This document shows, piece after piece, positions 1-10,560 of a stretch of 64,000 bases of DNA. Position 1 is the first letter of the stretch. Each line of letters starts with the position of its first letter. The notes under the pieces are model-generated. The model ran no database searches and was not told where the DNA came from. It saw nothing but the letters and a program-made list of their open reading frames with translations. The translations under genes and the position numbers were made by a program. Origin of the DNA: Candidatus Levyibacteriota bacterium (GTDB lineage: Bacteria; Patescibacteriota; Microgenomatia; Levybacterales; UBA12049); the NCBI GenBank assembly GCA_018061075.1, contig JAGOUW010000001.1, positions 103,105-167,104 of the forward strand. Direction: 5' to 3'.

Positions 1-1
1 T

Positions 2-349
2 ATAACTAATGCTGCGCAGTATAATGGGGCAAATTTTAAACCACCAATTGGTCTTGAGGTTTACGAGCGGAATCAGATGGATAAGAATGTTTACGGATTT
101 TTAGTTCAAATTCCAGAAAAAGAAATAAAAACAATAGTTGTTAACTATGACATTCCTTATTCGCTACCATCAACTCAAAAGTCTGCAGTTTATTCTTTGA
201 AGGTCTATAAGCAGCCTGGACTTGATTCATATCCGTTAGATATTTTATTTGATCTCCCGGTTAACTTGACTGTCTTAGATTTTGAAAAAAGTTTTTCAAA
301 GGAGATAAAAAAAGACGAAGAATTTAGATTTATTTTCTCCCAAAGATAA
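2..349 (+). CDS. 3' end of a larger CDS entering from upstream (DUF4012-like C-terminus)
   Basis: The frame of ORF 77..349 stays open back to base 2 (ITNAAQYNGANFKPP...). The 'YSLKVYKQPG' pattern resembles DUF4012 C-termini; this is recalled from memory, not searched. Confidence 0.45.
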   Translation: MTNAAQYNGANFKPPIGLEVYERNQMDKNVYGFLVQIPEKEIKTIVVNYDIPYSLPSTQKSAVYSLKVYKQPGLDSYPLDILFDLPVNLTVLDFEKSFSKEIKKDEEFRFIFSQR

Positions 350-373
350 ACCCGCACAAAAAGCCTCAAAATT

Positions 374-382
374 TGATAAAAT
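374..382 (+). promoter_or_regulatory. extended -10 (TGaTAAAAT), 6 nt before ATG 389
   Basis: Read directly. Confidence 0.6.
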
Positions 383-388
383 GATGAC

Positions 389-1345
389 ATGGAATTATTG
401 TTTGTTATCATGACCATTCTGGGTCTCTGTGTCTTTGAGGTTATTACTTCAATTGACAACGCAGTTATCAATGCAGAAGTTCTATCCGGAATGAGTAAAA
501 AGGCAAGGCGTTGGTTTTTGACCTATGGATTTTTCTTTGCAGTTTTTGTGGTTAGAGGACTTCTCCCGTTTTTAATAATCTGGGCAGCAACTCCAAGTCT
601 AGGCCCGATAGAAGTGCTTGGTGTTTCGATTAGCGGAAGTGAAGCAGCGAAAGAAGCAATTGAGCACACAGCGCCTCTTCTTCTGCTAGGTGGAGGAGTA
701 TTTTTGATCTTCTTGTTTTTCAACTGGTTATTTCTTGAGCCTAAGAATTTTGGACTTAGAGGAGAGAAATTTTTTCAAGGTCAAGGAGCATGGTTTTTTG
801 CAATTGTCTCAGTGCTATTAGCAGTAATTGTATATCTTGCTTTAAAAGTAGATGACATGTTGGCATTTTCTGCCGTTATTGGTTCTACTGCATTTTTCAT
901 AATTCACGGTTTTAGGCAGTTTGCTGAACAGCAGGAAGCAAAATTACTAGATAAGAAGAATAAGATGAGTGATGTTTCAAAAATTGCCTATCTTGAAGTC
1001 TTAGATACTACCTTCTCAATCGACGGTGTTGTGGGTGCATTTGCATTCACTTTTTCAGTTCCATTCATTTTAATTGGAAACGGAATCGGAGCGTTGATAC
1101 TCAGAAAATTAACTATTTCAAACATAGATAGGATTAAGCAGTATAAGTTCCTAAAAAATGGAGCAATGTATTCCATATTTTTCCTAGGAGCAATAATGTC
1201 TCTTCATGCATTTCATATTGAAGTGCCTCCATATGTTTCACCAATAATTACTTTTGGAACAGTTGGCTATTTCTTCTGGAAATCTAAAACAGACTTAAAG
1301 AAAATGGGAACTGATATCTCCGCTGCGGTAAGCTCCAAAAAATAA
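389..1345 (+). CDS. DUF475/TerC-like integral membrane protein
   Basis: Polytopic membrane protein with 'ITSIDNAVINAEVL' and 'TFSIDGVVGAFAF' motifs. TGaTAAAAT sits 6 nt upstream of the ATG. Confidence 0.6.
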   Translation: MELLFVIMTILGLCVFEVITSIDNAVINAEVLSGMSKKARRWFLTYGFFFAVFVVRGLLPFLIIWAATPSLGPIEVLGVSISGSEAAKEAIEHTAPLLLLGGGVFLIFLFFNWLFLEPKNFGLRGEKFFQGQGAWFFAIVSVLLAVIVYLALKVDDMLAFSAVIGSTAFFIIHGFRQFAEQQEAKLLDKKNKMSDVSKIAYLEVLDTTFSIDGVVGAFAFTFSVPFILIGNGIGALILRKLTISNIDRIKQYKFLKNGAMYSIFFLGAIMSLHAFHIEVPPYVSPIITFGTVGYFFWKSKTDLKKMGTDISAAVSSKK

Positions 1346-1346
1346 C

Positions 1347-3455
1347 ATGGATAAGGTTTATGACCACAAGAAAATTGAGGAAAAAATCTATAAAAAATGG
1401 GAAGAGACAAAATCCTTCTCTCCTGAAGTAAACCCCAACGGAAAACCTTTTACGATTATTCTTCCTCCCCCTAATGCAAATGCCCCTCTTCATTTTGGAC
1501 ATGCTATGTATGTGGTTGAAGATATCCTAATTAGATATCATAGAATGCTTGGTGACGCATCTCTGTGGCTTCCAGGCGCAGATCACGCAGGGTTTGAAAC
1601 CCAGTTTGTTTTTGAAAAGCAGCTTCAGAAAGAGGACAAATCTAGATTTGATTTTGATAGAGAAACTCTTTATAAAATGATTTGGGACTTTGTCCACTCA
1701 AATAGGGGAACCATGGAATCTCAGCTCAGGGCTTTAGGTTTTTCGCTAGACTGGTCAAGAATGAAATTTACCCTAGATCCAAAAATTGTTGAGATAGTGT
1801 ATGGAACATTTAAAAAACTTTATGATGATGATTTAGTTTATAGAGATTTAAAGCTTGTTAACTACTGCACAAAGGATGGCACCTCTTTTTCAGATCTTGA
1901 GGTAAAACATGTTGAGCAAATTGACCCCCTTTATTACATGAAGTATGGACCTTTTGTTTTAGCAACCGTTAGGCCTGAAACAAAATTTGGAGATACAGCC
2001 GTTGCAGTGCACCCAAATGATAAAAGATACAAAGATTATATTGGTATGGAAATTGAATTTGATGGGCTTATTGGTAAAGTAAAATTAAAAGTAGTAGGGG
2101 ATGAGGCAGTTGATCCAGAATTTGGAACTGGAGTTGTGAAGGTAACTCCAGCACACGATTTTACAGATTTTGAAATTGGGAAAAGACATAGATTAGAAAG
2201 TAAGCAGGTTATTGGATTTGACGGAAGATTGACAAAGCTTGCAGGAAAATATGCAGGACTTAAGGTAAAAGAAGCAAGGGAAATTGTTGTTAAGGATTTA
2301 CAGCAAAAAGGTTTAATAGAAAAAATTGATGAAAAATATTCACATACAATTTCTACCTGCTATAAGTGCAATCGTGTTTTAGAGCCTCTTCCGATGGAAC
2401 AGTGGTTTATCAGAGTAAAGCCACTAGTAGCTCCAAGTATAAAAGCACTATCAGAAAAGAAAATTAAAATTGTCCCACAGAGACTAGAGAAAACTATGAC
2501 TCAATGGTTTGAGAATTTCCATGATTGGAATATATCTCGCCAGATTGTTTGGGGGATCAGAATTCCTGCCTGGAGGTGTGAAGGTTGTAATGAATGGATT
2601 GTCACAGAAGGAAAAACTCCCGAAAAATGTACGAAGTGTAGTTCGAAAGTTCTAATTCAAGATACAGACACATTTGATACATGGTTTTCTTCAGGTCAGT
2701 GGCCTTTCGCTACTTTGAAAGCAGGGAATAAAGGAGACTTTGAAAAATTTTATCCAACTGCGGTAATGGAAACCGCTTATGACATTTTACCTTGGTGGGT
2801 CTGCAGGATGATTATGTTTGGGATTTATGCGAATGGGGAAGTGCCATTTAAAACTGTTTATTACCACGGACTTATAAGAGACGGAAAAGGACAAAAGATG
2901 AGTAAGAGCAAGGGAAACGTAATTAATCCAATCGAGATGTTGGAAAAGTACTCAGCTGATGCAGTTAGACTTGCGCTTGTTTTCGGGGCTGCTGCTGGGA
3001 ACGATCAGTCGCTCGCAGAAGACAAAATACGAGGAATGAGAAACTTTACCAATAAATTATGGAATATGGGGAGATTTATAGAAATGAATAATAAGAATTT
3101 TGATTTAAGTTTAATTAGCATTAGTGAATTAGGAGAAATTGCAAAAAATGAAAATGACAAGAAGATGATAAGTGGGGTAGGGAAGTTAGTTGAAAAAGTT
3201 ACAAAACATGTAGAAAAGTATGAGCTTAATCTTGCAGCAGAATCTTTGTATGAGTTCATTTGGCATGAGTTTGCAGATGGGTACATAGAGGATGTAAAAA
3301 ATAGAATTGACGAAGATTCATTTAAAATTTTAAATTCATTGTTTTTAATCCAGCTAAAGCTTCTACATCCCTTTATGCCATTTATTACCGAAGAGATTTT
3401 CGGGAAATTTACGGGAAATAATCTGATAACAAGTAAATGGCCGACAGTTAAATAA
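1347..3455 (+). CDS. valS: valine--tRNA ligase (short form, 702 aa)
   Basis: Class I aaRS signatures 'PPPNANAPLHFGHA' and 'KMSKSKGN'. ValRS-type 'RPETKFGDTAVAVHPNDKRY' is also present. Confidence 0.75.
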   Translation: MDKVYDHKKIEEKIYKKWEETKSFSPEVNPNGKPFTIILPPPNANAPLHFGHAMYVVEDILIRYHRMLGDASLWLPGADHAGFETQFVFEKQLQKEDKSRFDFDRETLYKMIWDFVHSNRGTMESQLRALGFSLDWSRMKFTLDPKIVEIVYGTFKKLYDDDLVYRDLKLVNYCTKDGTSFSDLEVKHVEQIDPLYYMKYGPFVLATVRPETKFGDTAVAVHPNDKRYKDYIGMEIEFDGLIGKVKLKVVGDEAVDPEFGTGVVKVTPAHDFTDFEIGKRHRLESKQVIGFDGRLTKLAGKYAGLKVKEAREIVVKDLQQKGLIEKIDEKYSHTISTCYKCNRVLEPLPMEQWFIRVKPLVAPSIKALSEKKIKIVPQRLEKTMTQWFENFHDWNISRQIVWGIRIPAWRCEGCNEWIVTEGKTPEKCTKCSSKVLIQDTDTFDTWFSSGQWPFATLKAGNKGDFEKFYPTAVMETAYDILPWWVCRMIMFGIYANGEVPFKTVYYHGLIRDGKGQKMSKSKGNVINPIEMLEKYSADAVRLALVFGAAAGNDQSLAEDKIRGMRNFTNKLWNMGRFIEMNNKNFDLSLISISELGEIAKNENDKKMISGVGKLVEKVTKHVEKYELNLAAESLYEFIWHEFADGYIEDVKNRIDEDSFKILNSLFLIQLKLLHPFMPFITEEIFGKFTGNNLITSKWPTVK

Positions 3456-3481
3456 GGATATTTGATTCTCCTAATTAGTCT

Positions 3482-3883
3482 ATGAAGAAAAAGTTTTATA
3501 AGAAGCCGAAGCAAAAAGCAGAAAAATTACCGAGTAATTACCGAAATATTCCCGAAAAGTTAAATGCAGATAGGGTGGTGTTCTTTGTTGGCTTTTTAAG
3601 TGTTCTAATAGCAATTTCTTTAATTTCGATTGATATATATCTTAATTTCGAAAAACAAAAAGAATTAACTAATGAAAAATTTAGAGTTTTAAGGGAGGTC
3701 TCGTTTTGGGAGAATGAGATAAAAGTTAGGCCGGGGTTTAGAGATGGATATATGCAGCTTGCTCTTCTTAATTTTCAGTTGAAAAATTTTAATGAATCAA
3801 GGGAAAGCTTAGATAAAGCGCTAGTCTTAGATCCTAATTTTGAAAAGGGGAGAGAATTGGAAAGACTATTGGATTCCTTATAA
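3482..3883 (+). CDS. hypothetical membrane-anchored protein with TPR-like C-terminus
   Basis: One TM helix (VVFFVGFLSVLIAISLISI), then a helical repeat-like region. No family was recognised. Confidence 0.4.
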   Translation: MKKKFYKKPKQKAEKLPSNYRNIPEKLNADRVVFFVGFLSVLIAISLISIDIYLNFEKQKELTNEKFRVLREVSFWENEIKVRPGFRDGYMQLALLNFQLKNFNESRESLDKALVLDPNFEKGRELERLLDSL

Positions 3884-4591
3884 TTACTCCTGAGGTTTTT
3901 CTTCTGTGTTTGTAGCTTCACTTCCTTCGCCGGATCCTTCAGATTCTCCGCCTTCAGCTGGAGTTTCACCCTCTGCAGATTCAGTAGCGGCAGCTTCAGC
4001 TGCAGCAGCTTCTTCAGCGATTTGTTCCTGAGTCTCTTTGCTTACGAGTTCTCCAATTTTTACAACAACAAGGTTTGGATCTGAAAGAACCTCAACGCCT
4101 TCTGGCTTATGAACCATTTCAACTGTGATTTGATCGTCGATATTCTTAAGAGCTGTAATATTTAGTTCAAATTTCTCAGGAAGCTCTGTAGGCAATGCTT
4201 CAACTTCGATTTCATTTGTAATTTTCTCGAGTAATCCTATCTTTTCGGTCACCGCTATTGGTTCGCCAGTTAGTTCAATTGGAATCATAGCTTTAACTTT
4301 TTCTTTAAGATTTACCTTAAAAAAGTCAGCATGAAGAGGCATGTTTTTGTAGTCTTTGTGAAGATTGTGGATTAAAACTGGAATTGTGTCTTTTCCTACC
4401 TCTAAATCAACAACTCCTGTTTCTCCAGCCTCTTCAAATACTTTAAGAAAGTCTGTCATTGGGAGCTGGAGGGATTGAGATTTTATGTCTTTACCGTAAA
4501 CGTTAGCTGGCAAAATACCCTCGCGACGTAGCTTTTTAATTTTCTTTCCAGTGATCTTTCGTGGTTCTGCTGTTAACTTAAACCTTTTCAT
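3884..4591 (-). CDS. rplY: 50S ribosomal protein bL25 (Ctc form) with acidic low-complexity tail
   Basis: N-terminus 'MKRFKLTAEPRKITGKKIKKLRREGILPANVYGK' is typical of L25/Ctc. TGaTAAAAT sits 6 nt upstream of the ATG. Confidence 0.85.
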   Translation of the reverse strand: MKRFKLTAEPRKITGKKIKKLRREGILPANVYGKDIKSQSLQLPMTDFLKVFEEAGETGVVDLEVGKDTIPVLIHNLHKDYKNMPLHADFFKVNLKEKVKAMIPIELTGEPIAVTEKIGLLEKITNEIEVEALPTELPEKFELNITALKNIDDQITVEMVHKPEGVEVLSDPNLVVVKIGELVSKETQEQIAEEAAAAEAAATESAEGETPAEGGESEGSGEGSEATNTEEKPQE

Positions 4592-4597
4592 TATGGT

Positions 4598-4606
4598 ATT
4601 TTATCA
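4598..4606 (-). promoter_or_regulatory. extended -10 (TGaTAAAAT), 6 nt before rplY ATG 4591
   Basis: Read directly. Confidence 0.6.
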
Positions 4607-4659
4607 AAAAGAACACTGTAAACACAAGCTTAGCGTGATGTTATATAATGTTATGAAAT

Positions 4660-5151
4660 ATGAGGGTGTTAGGCATTGACCCGGGAATAGGGCGCTTAGG
4701 GTGGGGAATAGTTGATGTTAACGGAGGGAAACTAAAAGCTGAAGACTACGGATGCATAGAAACTGAGCCAAATTCAGATACCTCGTTAAGACTTCTTGAG
4801 ATTAGTAATGAGCTTTCAAAAATATTCAAAAGATATAAGCCTGACGTAATGGCAATTGAGGAATTATTTTTCGGAGCAAACAGTAAGACAGCGTTAGTTG
4901 TAGGGCAAGCTAGGGGAGTTGTTTTTTTGGTTTCTGCACAAAACAAAATTCCAGTTTTTGTTTATACCCCTCTCCAAGTGAAAATGGCTTTAACCGGATA
5001 TGGTAGGGCTGATAAAAACCAAATTTCTCAAATGGTAAAGATAGTTTTAAAACTTGAAAAAATTCCCAAATTAGACGATACTTCTGATGCTCTGGCAGTT
5101 GCTGTTTCGCATGCATTATCAAGTAAGATGAATTCTCAAACAAAATTATGA
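4660..5151 (+). CDS. ruvC: crossover junction endodeoxyribonuclease RuvC
   Basis: 'MRVLGIDPGIGRLGWGIVD' and 'AIEELFF' motifs. The TGA stop overlaps the ruvA ATG. Confidence 0.9.
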   Translation: MRVLGIDPGIGRLGWGIVDVNGGKLKAEDYGCIETEPNSDTSLRLLEISNELSKIFKRYKPDVMAIEELFFGANSKTALVVGQARGVVFLVSAQNKIPVFVYTPLQVKMALTGYGRADKNQISQMVKIVLKLEKIPKLDDTSDALAVAVSHALSSKMNSQTKL

Positions 5152-5717
5152 TCGGTTCAATTAGAGGAAAGGTTATTTTAAAAGACGGAAACTATTTATT
5201 GGTAGAAGCGGGTGGTGTAGGCTACAGGGTTTTAGTGTCTTCAAAGGTTTTATCAGAAAATAAAAATGAAGTCATGCTTTTTACTTATACCCATGTTAGG
5301 GAGGATGCATTAGATCTTTTTGGATTTTCTGAAATAGCAGATCTAAAATTGTTCGAACTTTTAATTAGTGTTTCAGGGGTGGGACCTAAGACCGGAATGT
5401 CTATTTTTTCGTTTGCAGACAGAAGCGGGGTGGTTGAGGCCGTTCTTAAGGGGGATGTAGAGTTTTTTACGCAGGTTCCTCGCTTGGGCAAGAAAAATGC
5501 TCAAAAGATTATAATTGAGCTGAGGAATAAGCTTGGAGATGATAGCATATTTGATCTTTCCGGGACTGATTCGCCTGAAAACAATGAAATAATCCTTGCC
5601 CTTAAAACTTTTGGTTTTTCTACTAAAGAAGCAGGGGACGCACTTAAAAATATAGATAAAGAAGCAAAAACTGCTGAGGAAAAAATTAAACTTTCATTAA
5701 AATACTTAGGAAAATAA
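5148..5717 (+). CDS. ruvA: Holliday junction branch migration complex subunit RuvA
   Basis: 'MIGSIRGKV...GGVGYRV' OB start and '[14 protein letters not shown]' HhH motif. Confidence 0.85.
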   Translation: MIGSIRGKVILKDGNYLLVEAGGVGYRVLVSSKVLSENKNEVMLFTYTHVREDALDLFGFSEIADLKLFELLISVSGVGPKTGMSIFSFADRSGVVEAVLKGDVEFFTQVPRLGKKNAQKIIIELRNKLGDDSIFDLSGTDSPENNEIILALKTFGFSTKEAGDALKNIDKEAKTAEEKIKLSLKYLGK

Positions 5718-5718
5718 T

Positions 5719-6780
5719 ATGAATAAACCTAAAAAAGAAAAAGAAGAAAAAGTTCGTTCGGCTAGCTCAGGACAAGTAAGTCCTGAGGAGGAGGTTTTAT
5801 TTGTTTCACTTCGAGCAAAGGAATGGACTGAATTTTTTGGTCAAAGTAATTTAAAAAAATCTCTTCAAATTGCAATTTCAGCTGCTAAGAAAAGAAAAGA
5901 ACCAATAGAGCATGTTCTTTTATATGGACCTCCTGGGCTTGGGAAAACCACAATCTCTCATTTAATAGCACGAGAAATGAATGTAAATATTAAGGTAACC
6001 AGCGGACCTGCAATTGAACGAGCTGGAGACTTAGCTTCGATTTTAACAAACTTAGAAAAAGGGGACGTTTTATTTATAGATGAAATTCATAGGTTAAATA
6101 AATTAGTTGAAGAAACTCTTTATCCAGCAATGGAAGATTATGCATTAGATATAGTCATAGGGAAAGGACCTAGTGCGAGAACTCTAAGGTTAGATTTGCC
6201 TCAGTTTACGATAATTGGCGCTACCACTAGGATTGGGCTCCTATCGGCCCCGCTTAGGGATAGATTTGGAGTCGTGCATCGTCTTAACTTTTACACACCA
6301 GTTGAGCTTGAAGAAATTATTAGACGAGGTGCCGAAAAATTAAAAACTGAAGTGGATATAAACTCAATAAAAGAAATTTCAGTACGAGCAAGGGGCACTC
6401 CTAGAATTGCATTAAAGCTTTTAAAGCGAGTGAGAGACTATGCAGAAGTTCATGGGGATGGAAAGATAAATGAAGACATAACGCGCGAATCATTAAAGAT
6501 GCTTGAGGTGGATTCGTTAGGACTTGATAATAATGACGTTAGATATCTTAGAGCTTTAATCGAAAAGCATAGTGGGGGACCAGTTGGGGTTGAGACAATG
6601 GCCTCAACTATTTCAGAAGATATTTCAACAATTGAAGATGTGGTGGAGCCATATTTGATGCAGCTCGGATTTATAAAAAGATCACCTAGGGGGAGAATGG
6701 CGACCAAAATTGCATACGAGCATCTCGGTTTGCCATTTGAAGAACAAGGAAAGAGCAAGTCTCAACAAAAACTACTTTAA
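5719..6780 (+). CDS. ruvB: Holliday junction DNA helicase RuvB
   Basis: Walker A 'GPPGLGKTT', Walker B 'LFIDEIHRL' and '[15 protein letters not shown]'. Confidence 0.95.
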   Translation: MNKPKKEKEEKVRSASSGQVSPEEEVLFVSLRAKEWTEFFGQSNLKKSLQIAISAAKKRKEPIEHVLLYGPPGLGKTTISHLIAREMNVNIKVTSGPAIERAGDLASILTNLEKGDVLFIDEIHRLNKLVEETLYPAMEDYALDIVIGKGPSARTLRLDLPQFTIIGATTRIGLLSAPLRDRFGVVHRLNFYTPVELEEIIRRGAEKLKTEVDINSIKEISVRARGTPRIALKLLKRVRDYAEVHGDGKINEDITRESLKMLEVDSLGLDNNDVRYLRALIEKHSGGPVGVETMASTISEDISTIEDVVEPYLMQLGFIKRSPRGRMATKIAYEHLGLPFEEQGKSKSQQKLL

Positions 6781-7667
6781 TTATTTACGCTTTCAAATAT
6801 TTTTTTTGAAATTTCGGCAATTGTATTTTTTGTTTCTTCTTCGTTTTCACCAATATCAGAAGTCATAATTCCTAAATAATAAACATTTTCTTCGGTTTGA
6901 ATAATTCCCACATCGTGAACAAATCCTTCTCCATCTCCAGATTTATGAGAAATCCTGGCACTATTTGGTAAATTGTTTGCAAGCCTGTCTTCAAAATCAG
7001 TATCCATCATAAATCCTAATAGTTCTTTCGTTTTTGCGGCACTTGTAATTTCTCCATCATAAATCTTTTGAAATAAAAGACCCATGTCGTAGGCTGTAGT
7101 TTTATTATTTACCATGTCGGTTTGGCTCATTCCCCAAGAATTTACTAATTCTTGAACTTTATCCTCGCCGACAGTAATTGATATAACATGAGCTGCGGTA
7201 TTGTCTGAATTTTTTAGAGCTAGTTTTGCAAGATTTTTCAGGGAATAGGTTTGTGGCATCTCCCGATATCTAATAGATCCAGTTCCATAATCTTGAACAT
7301 CATTTTCTTGAATCGTGACTCGATCATCAAGATCAATTTCTCCTTGACTATCCAGGTAATATAAAGCTGCAATTATAGGCAGTTTATTAACAGATGCTCC
7401 CGTTTCAATTTGATCTTGGGAAACCCCAAAGGATCTATCTGTTTTTAGATCTTTAAAATAATATGAGTAAAAGCCTTTCTTGTCTTTTGTGATTTCTGCT
7501 ATTTCTTTTTTTAGATCTGTTTCTTTAGTTTCTCTAGATAAATTTATTACAGGAAGAAACGTGAGGTGGCGGCCAAGCATGATGAAAAATACTGCGAAAA
7601 CTAAAATAGCCGCAATGCGTCTTTTATAGTATCCAGAGGATTGATTTGAGTTAAATTGATTTTCCAC
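6777..7667 (-). CDS. membrane-anchored class A beta-lactamase-like serine hydrolase
   Basis: N-terminal TM helix. S-x-x-K ('SVNKL'), 'SDNTAA' and 'HKSGDG' motifs. Confidence 0.6.
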   Translation of the reverse strand: MENQFNSNQSSGYYKRRIAAILVFAVFFIMLGRHLTFLPVINLSRETKETDLKKEIAEITKDKKGFYSYYFKDLKTDRSFGVSQDQIETGASVNKLPIIAALYYLDSQGEIDLDDRVTIQENDVQDYGTGSIRYREMPQTYSLKNLAKLALKNSDNTAAHVISITVGEDKVQELVNSWGMSQTDMVNNKTTAYDMGLLFQKIYDGEITSAAKTKELLGFMMDTDFEDRLANNLPNSARISHKSGDGEGFVHDVGIIQTEENVYYLGIMTSDIGENEEETKNTIAEISKKIFESVNN

Positions 7668-7672
7668 TAGAG

Positions 7673-9199
7673 TTATATATTATCAGTTTTTGGTCTATAT
7701 TGAAGAGCTTCTGCGATGTGATTCGGTTTTATTTTTATTTCTTTTTCAAGGTCTGCTATGGTTCTGGAAACTTTAAGAATCTTATTATAAGACCTAGCTG
7801 AAAGATTTAATTTATTTACAGCCATTTTTAAAATTTCCAAAGAGTCTTCTGAGAGTTCACAATATTTTTTAATCAATTTGCTGTTCATTTCTGAATTTGA
7901 AATAATCTTGTCTTTTTTAAATCTTTTCGTTTGAATATCGCGGGCCATTTGTACTGTTTTCCTTATCTCCCTAGATGACGGCCCGGTGTCTACTTTTTGT
8001 TCTGTTAACTTTTCAACCTTAACTGCAGGAACGTCTAAATGGACATCGATTCGGTCAAGCATAGGGCCAGATATTTTTTTTTGATATCTTAAAATTTCAG
8101 ATGTAGAGCATTTACATTCATGAGTAGAATCTCCAAGATATCCACAGGGGCAAGGATTCTGGGCAGCTACCATCATAAATTTAGCTGGAAAAGTGATTCT
8201 TCCTGAAGCTCTAGATATGGTTACAAAACCGTCTTCCATTGGCTGACGCAATGCTTCTAAAACGTGTCTGGGAAATTCTGGAAATTCATCCAAAAATAAA
8301 ACGCCACGATGCGCTAGGGAAATTTCTCCAGGTTTTGGAATATTACTTCCGCCAATTAATCCAATATGAGAGGTTGTATGATGAGGGGAGCGAAAAGGGC
8401 GTTTTATAACCAAAGATTCTTTGTCTAATAAGCCTGAAATGCTATAAATTTTTGTAATTTCAATTGCCTCGTCAAATGTGGGCTTTGGTAAGATCGAAGG
8501 CATTGTTCTTGCAAGTAAAGTTTTTCCTGCGCCCGGTGGGCCTTTTAATAAAATGTTGTGTCCACCAGCTGCTGAGATTTCCATGGCCCGTTTTGCTTGC
8601 TCTTGCCCTTTAATATCTTTCATGTCGAATTCAAAATCATCTTCTGATATTTGATCTATTAAAGTTGGCTTTTGTTTTTTAATCAAAATAACTCCAGTTA
8701 AATGGTTTAATAATTCATGTAAGGAATTAAGAGGAATTACTTCAAGGCCTTTTATGATTGCTGCTTCTTTTGCGTTGTCAAAGGGAAGAAAAAGTGCAGA
8801 ATATTTTTTCTCTCTTGTAAGAATTGCCTTAGGAAGAGCTCCTGAAGTATGTCTTAATTTTCCTTCAAGAGAAAGCTCTCCCATGAAAAGAAAATTAGAG
8901 ACATCAGTCTTGATTTGCTCACTTGCAAGTAAAATTCCAAGTGCGATAGGGAGGTCATAAGTGGGACCTTCTTTCGGAAGATCTGCGGGAGCAAGATTAA
9001 CGGTAATTCTTTTCGCAGGAAATTCAGCGCCAGTATTTTTTATTGCTGAACGCACTCTTTCCTTTGCTTCCTCGACTGCTTTGTCAGGTAAACCAACTAT
9101 TGTAAAAGAGGGGAGACCCTGAGAAGCAATATCCACCTCGACTTCAACAGGAACTGCATTTAGGCCAATTAATGCTGCGGAGTTAACCTTAGCAAGCAT
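7673..9199 (-). CDS. YifB/ComM family Mg-chelatase-like ATPase
   Basis: 'GPPGAGKT' Walker A, 'LFLDEFPEF' and a conserved Cys-rich 'NPCPCGYLG' segment. Confidence 0.85.
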   Translation of the reverse strand: MLAKVNSAALIGLNAVPVEVEVDIASQGLPSFTIVGLPDKAVEEAKERVRSAIKNTGAEFPAKRITVNLAPADLPKEGPTYDLPIALGILLASEQIKTDVSNFLFMGELSLEGKLRHTSGALPKAILTREKKYSALFLPFDNAKEAAIIKGLEVIPLNSLHELLNHLTGVILIKKQKPTLIDQISEDDFEFDMKDIKGQEQAKRAMEISAAGGHNILLKGPPGAGKTLLARTMPSILPKPTFDEAIEITKIYSISGLLDKESLVIKRPFRSPHHTTSHIGLIGGSNIPKPGEISLAHRGVLFLDEFPEFPRHVLEALRQPMEDGFVTISRASGRITFPAKFMMVAAQNPCPCGYLGDSTHECKCSTSEILRYQKKISGPMLDRIDVHLDVPAVKVEKLTEQKVDTGPSSREIRKTVQMARDIQTKRFKKDKIISNSEMNSKLIKKYCELSEDSLEILKMAVNKLNLSARSYNKILKVSRTIADLEKEIKIKPNHIAEALQYRPKTDNI

Positions 9200-9216
9200 A
9201 TTAATATAATAGCACT

Positions 9217-10560
9217 TTATATGATGCCTATATAATTTTCTGGGGTGAGTTTTCTAAGTGCTTCTTTTTGTGATTGGTCAATCGGAAGTTTTTCAATCAT
9301 CGCTAGGAAATCCTCTTGCTTCAAATTTTGCCCTCGGGTTAGTTCTTTTAAGATTTCGTATCCATTTTTTACTTTTTCTTTTTTTAGATAAATTTGAACA
9401 GCTTCTGAAAGAATAGACCAATCACTATTTAAATCTTTTTTTATTTTTTCCTCATTTGCCTTTACGCGTTTCAGTCCTGATAAAGAATTTATATATGCTA
9501 ATAAACAATAGGCGAGTGTTAGTCCAAAATTTCTTGAGATTGTGCTATTTGATAAATCTCTTTGAAGTCTAGAAATTGGTAGCTTGTCTGTAAATCCGCC
9601 GATTAGACTATTTGCAATTATTAAATTCCCTTCTGAGTTCTCAAACATGATTGGATTTATTTTTTGAGGCATAGTGGAAGAGCCAACCTCTCCCTTTTTG
9701 TTTTCTTGAATGAGCCAGTGGTCACTGATATAGCGCCACATATCCTGATTAAAGTCCAAAAGAATCCCATTTATTCGCTGAAGCGTTTGAAAAATAAAAA
9801 TGATATCTTCGAAAGGTGCGATTTGATTAGTGGACTGATTTAATTCAAGGCCAAAGCTTCCTACAAAATCTTTTGAAAATTTTGGCCAGTTGATTTTAGG
9901 ATATGTAAAACTTAGTGCGTTATAATTTCCTACAGCTCCATTCAATTTCCCTGATAATTTCGAAGATTTCAAGATTTTAATTTCCTTATCAATTCTTTGA
10001 TAGAAAATTAGGAACTCTTTTCCGAGAGTGGTTGGCACTGCTGACTGTCCATGGGTACGAGCTAAAATCGGCAGGTCTTTATATTTTTTTGATTGATTTA
10101 GGATCTCATCATTTAGGTTTTTAAGGTTTTGCAAAATAACTTCATTTATTGCATCTTTTAGCAAAATCCTAATCGTTAAATTGTTAACATCTTCTGAGGT
10201 TAGACCGAAATGAATAAATTCTAAAACGTCTGAAAGTGAGCTTTTTGAAAGTTTTTCCTTAAGGTAATATTCGATAGCTTTTACATCATGTCTGGTAGTG
10301 TTCTCGATGTTTTTGACTCTTTCGGAATCTTCCAAATCAAAATCCTCAATTAATGCATTTAATGTTTTTTGTTCCGAAATATTTATTTTTCTAATAACAC
10401 CAATTTTTGAAAGTGCGATTAGGTATCTGATTTCAATTTCAGTTCTGTATTTTATGATTGCAAATTCTGATGAATACTGTGAAAGTTCTTCAATTTGGCT
10501 TCTGTATCTTCCGTCAATTGGGGAAACTGCGGTAAGAGGACTATACTTTAATTGTTTCAT
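9217..10560 (-). CDS. purB: adenylosuccinate lyase
   Basis: 'SPIDGRY' N-terminus and 'GSSTMPQKINP' signature loop. Confidence 0.85.
   Translation of the reverse strand: MKQLKYSPLTAVSPIDGRYRSQIEELSQYSSEFAIIKYRTEIEIRYLIALSKIGVIRKINISEQKTLNALIEDFDLEDSERVKNIENTTRHDVKAIEYYLKEKLSKSSLSDVLEFIHFGLTSEDVNNLTIRILLKDAINEVILQNLKNLNDEILNQSKKYKDLPILARTHGQSAVPTTLGKEFLIFYQRIDKEIKILKSSKLSGKLNGAVGNYNALSFTYPKINWPKFSKDFVGSFGLELNQSTNQIAPFEDIIFIFQTLQRINGILLDFNQDMWRYISDHWLIQENKKGEVGSSTMPQKINPIMFENSEGNLIIANSLIGGFTDKLPISRLQRDLSNSTISRNFGLTLAYCLLAYINSLSGLKRVKANEEKIKKDLNSDWSILSEAVQIYLKKEKVKNGYEILKELTRGQNLKQEDFLAMIEKLPIDQSQKEALRKLTPENYIGII

Noticed and set aside
3005-3514. The ORF track lists many 60-170-aa ORFs antisense to, or nested in, strong genes. 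Examples are 205..471, 523..723, 3005..3514, 8754..8960, 10298..10579, 18209..18601, 19435..19908, 29995..30375, 41983..42291 and 49346..49627.
   Set aside because: They lie entirely within better-supported genes on the other strand or frame. They have low-complexity or implausible composition, and they lack the -10-to-ATG start signature seen at real genes.
4660-5151. An alternative genetic code in which UGA codes for an amino acid, as in some candidate phyla.
   Set aside because: Conserved genes end at TGA at the expected length. For example ruvC ends ...TKL-TGA overlapping the ruvA ATG, and the truB upstream frame ends at ATGA. No conserved protein needs read-through of TGA.
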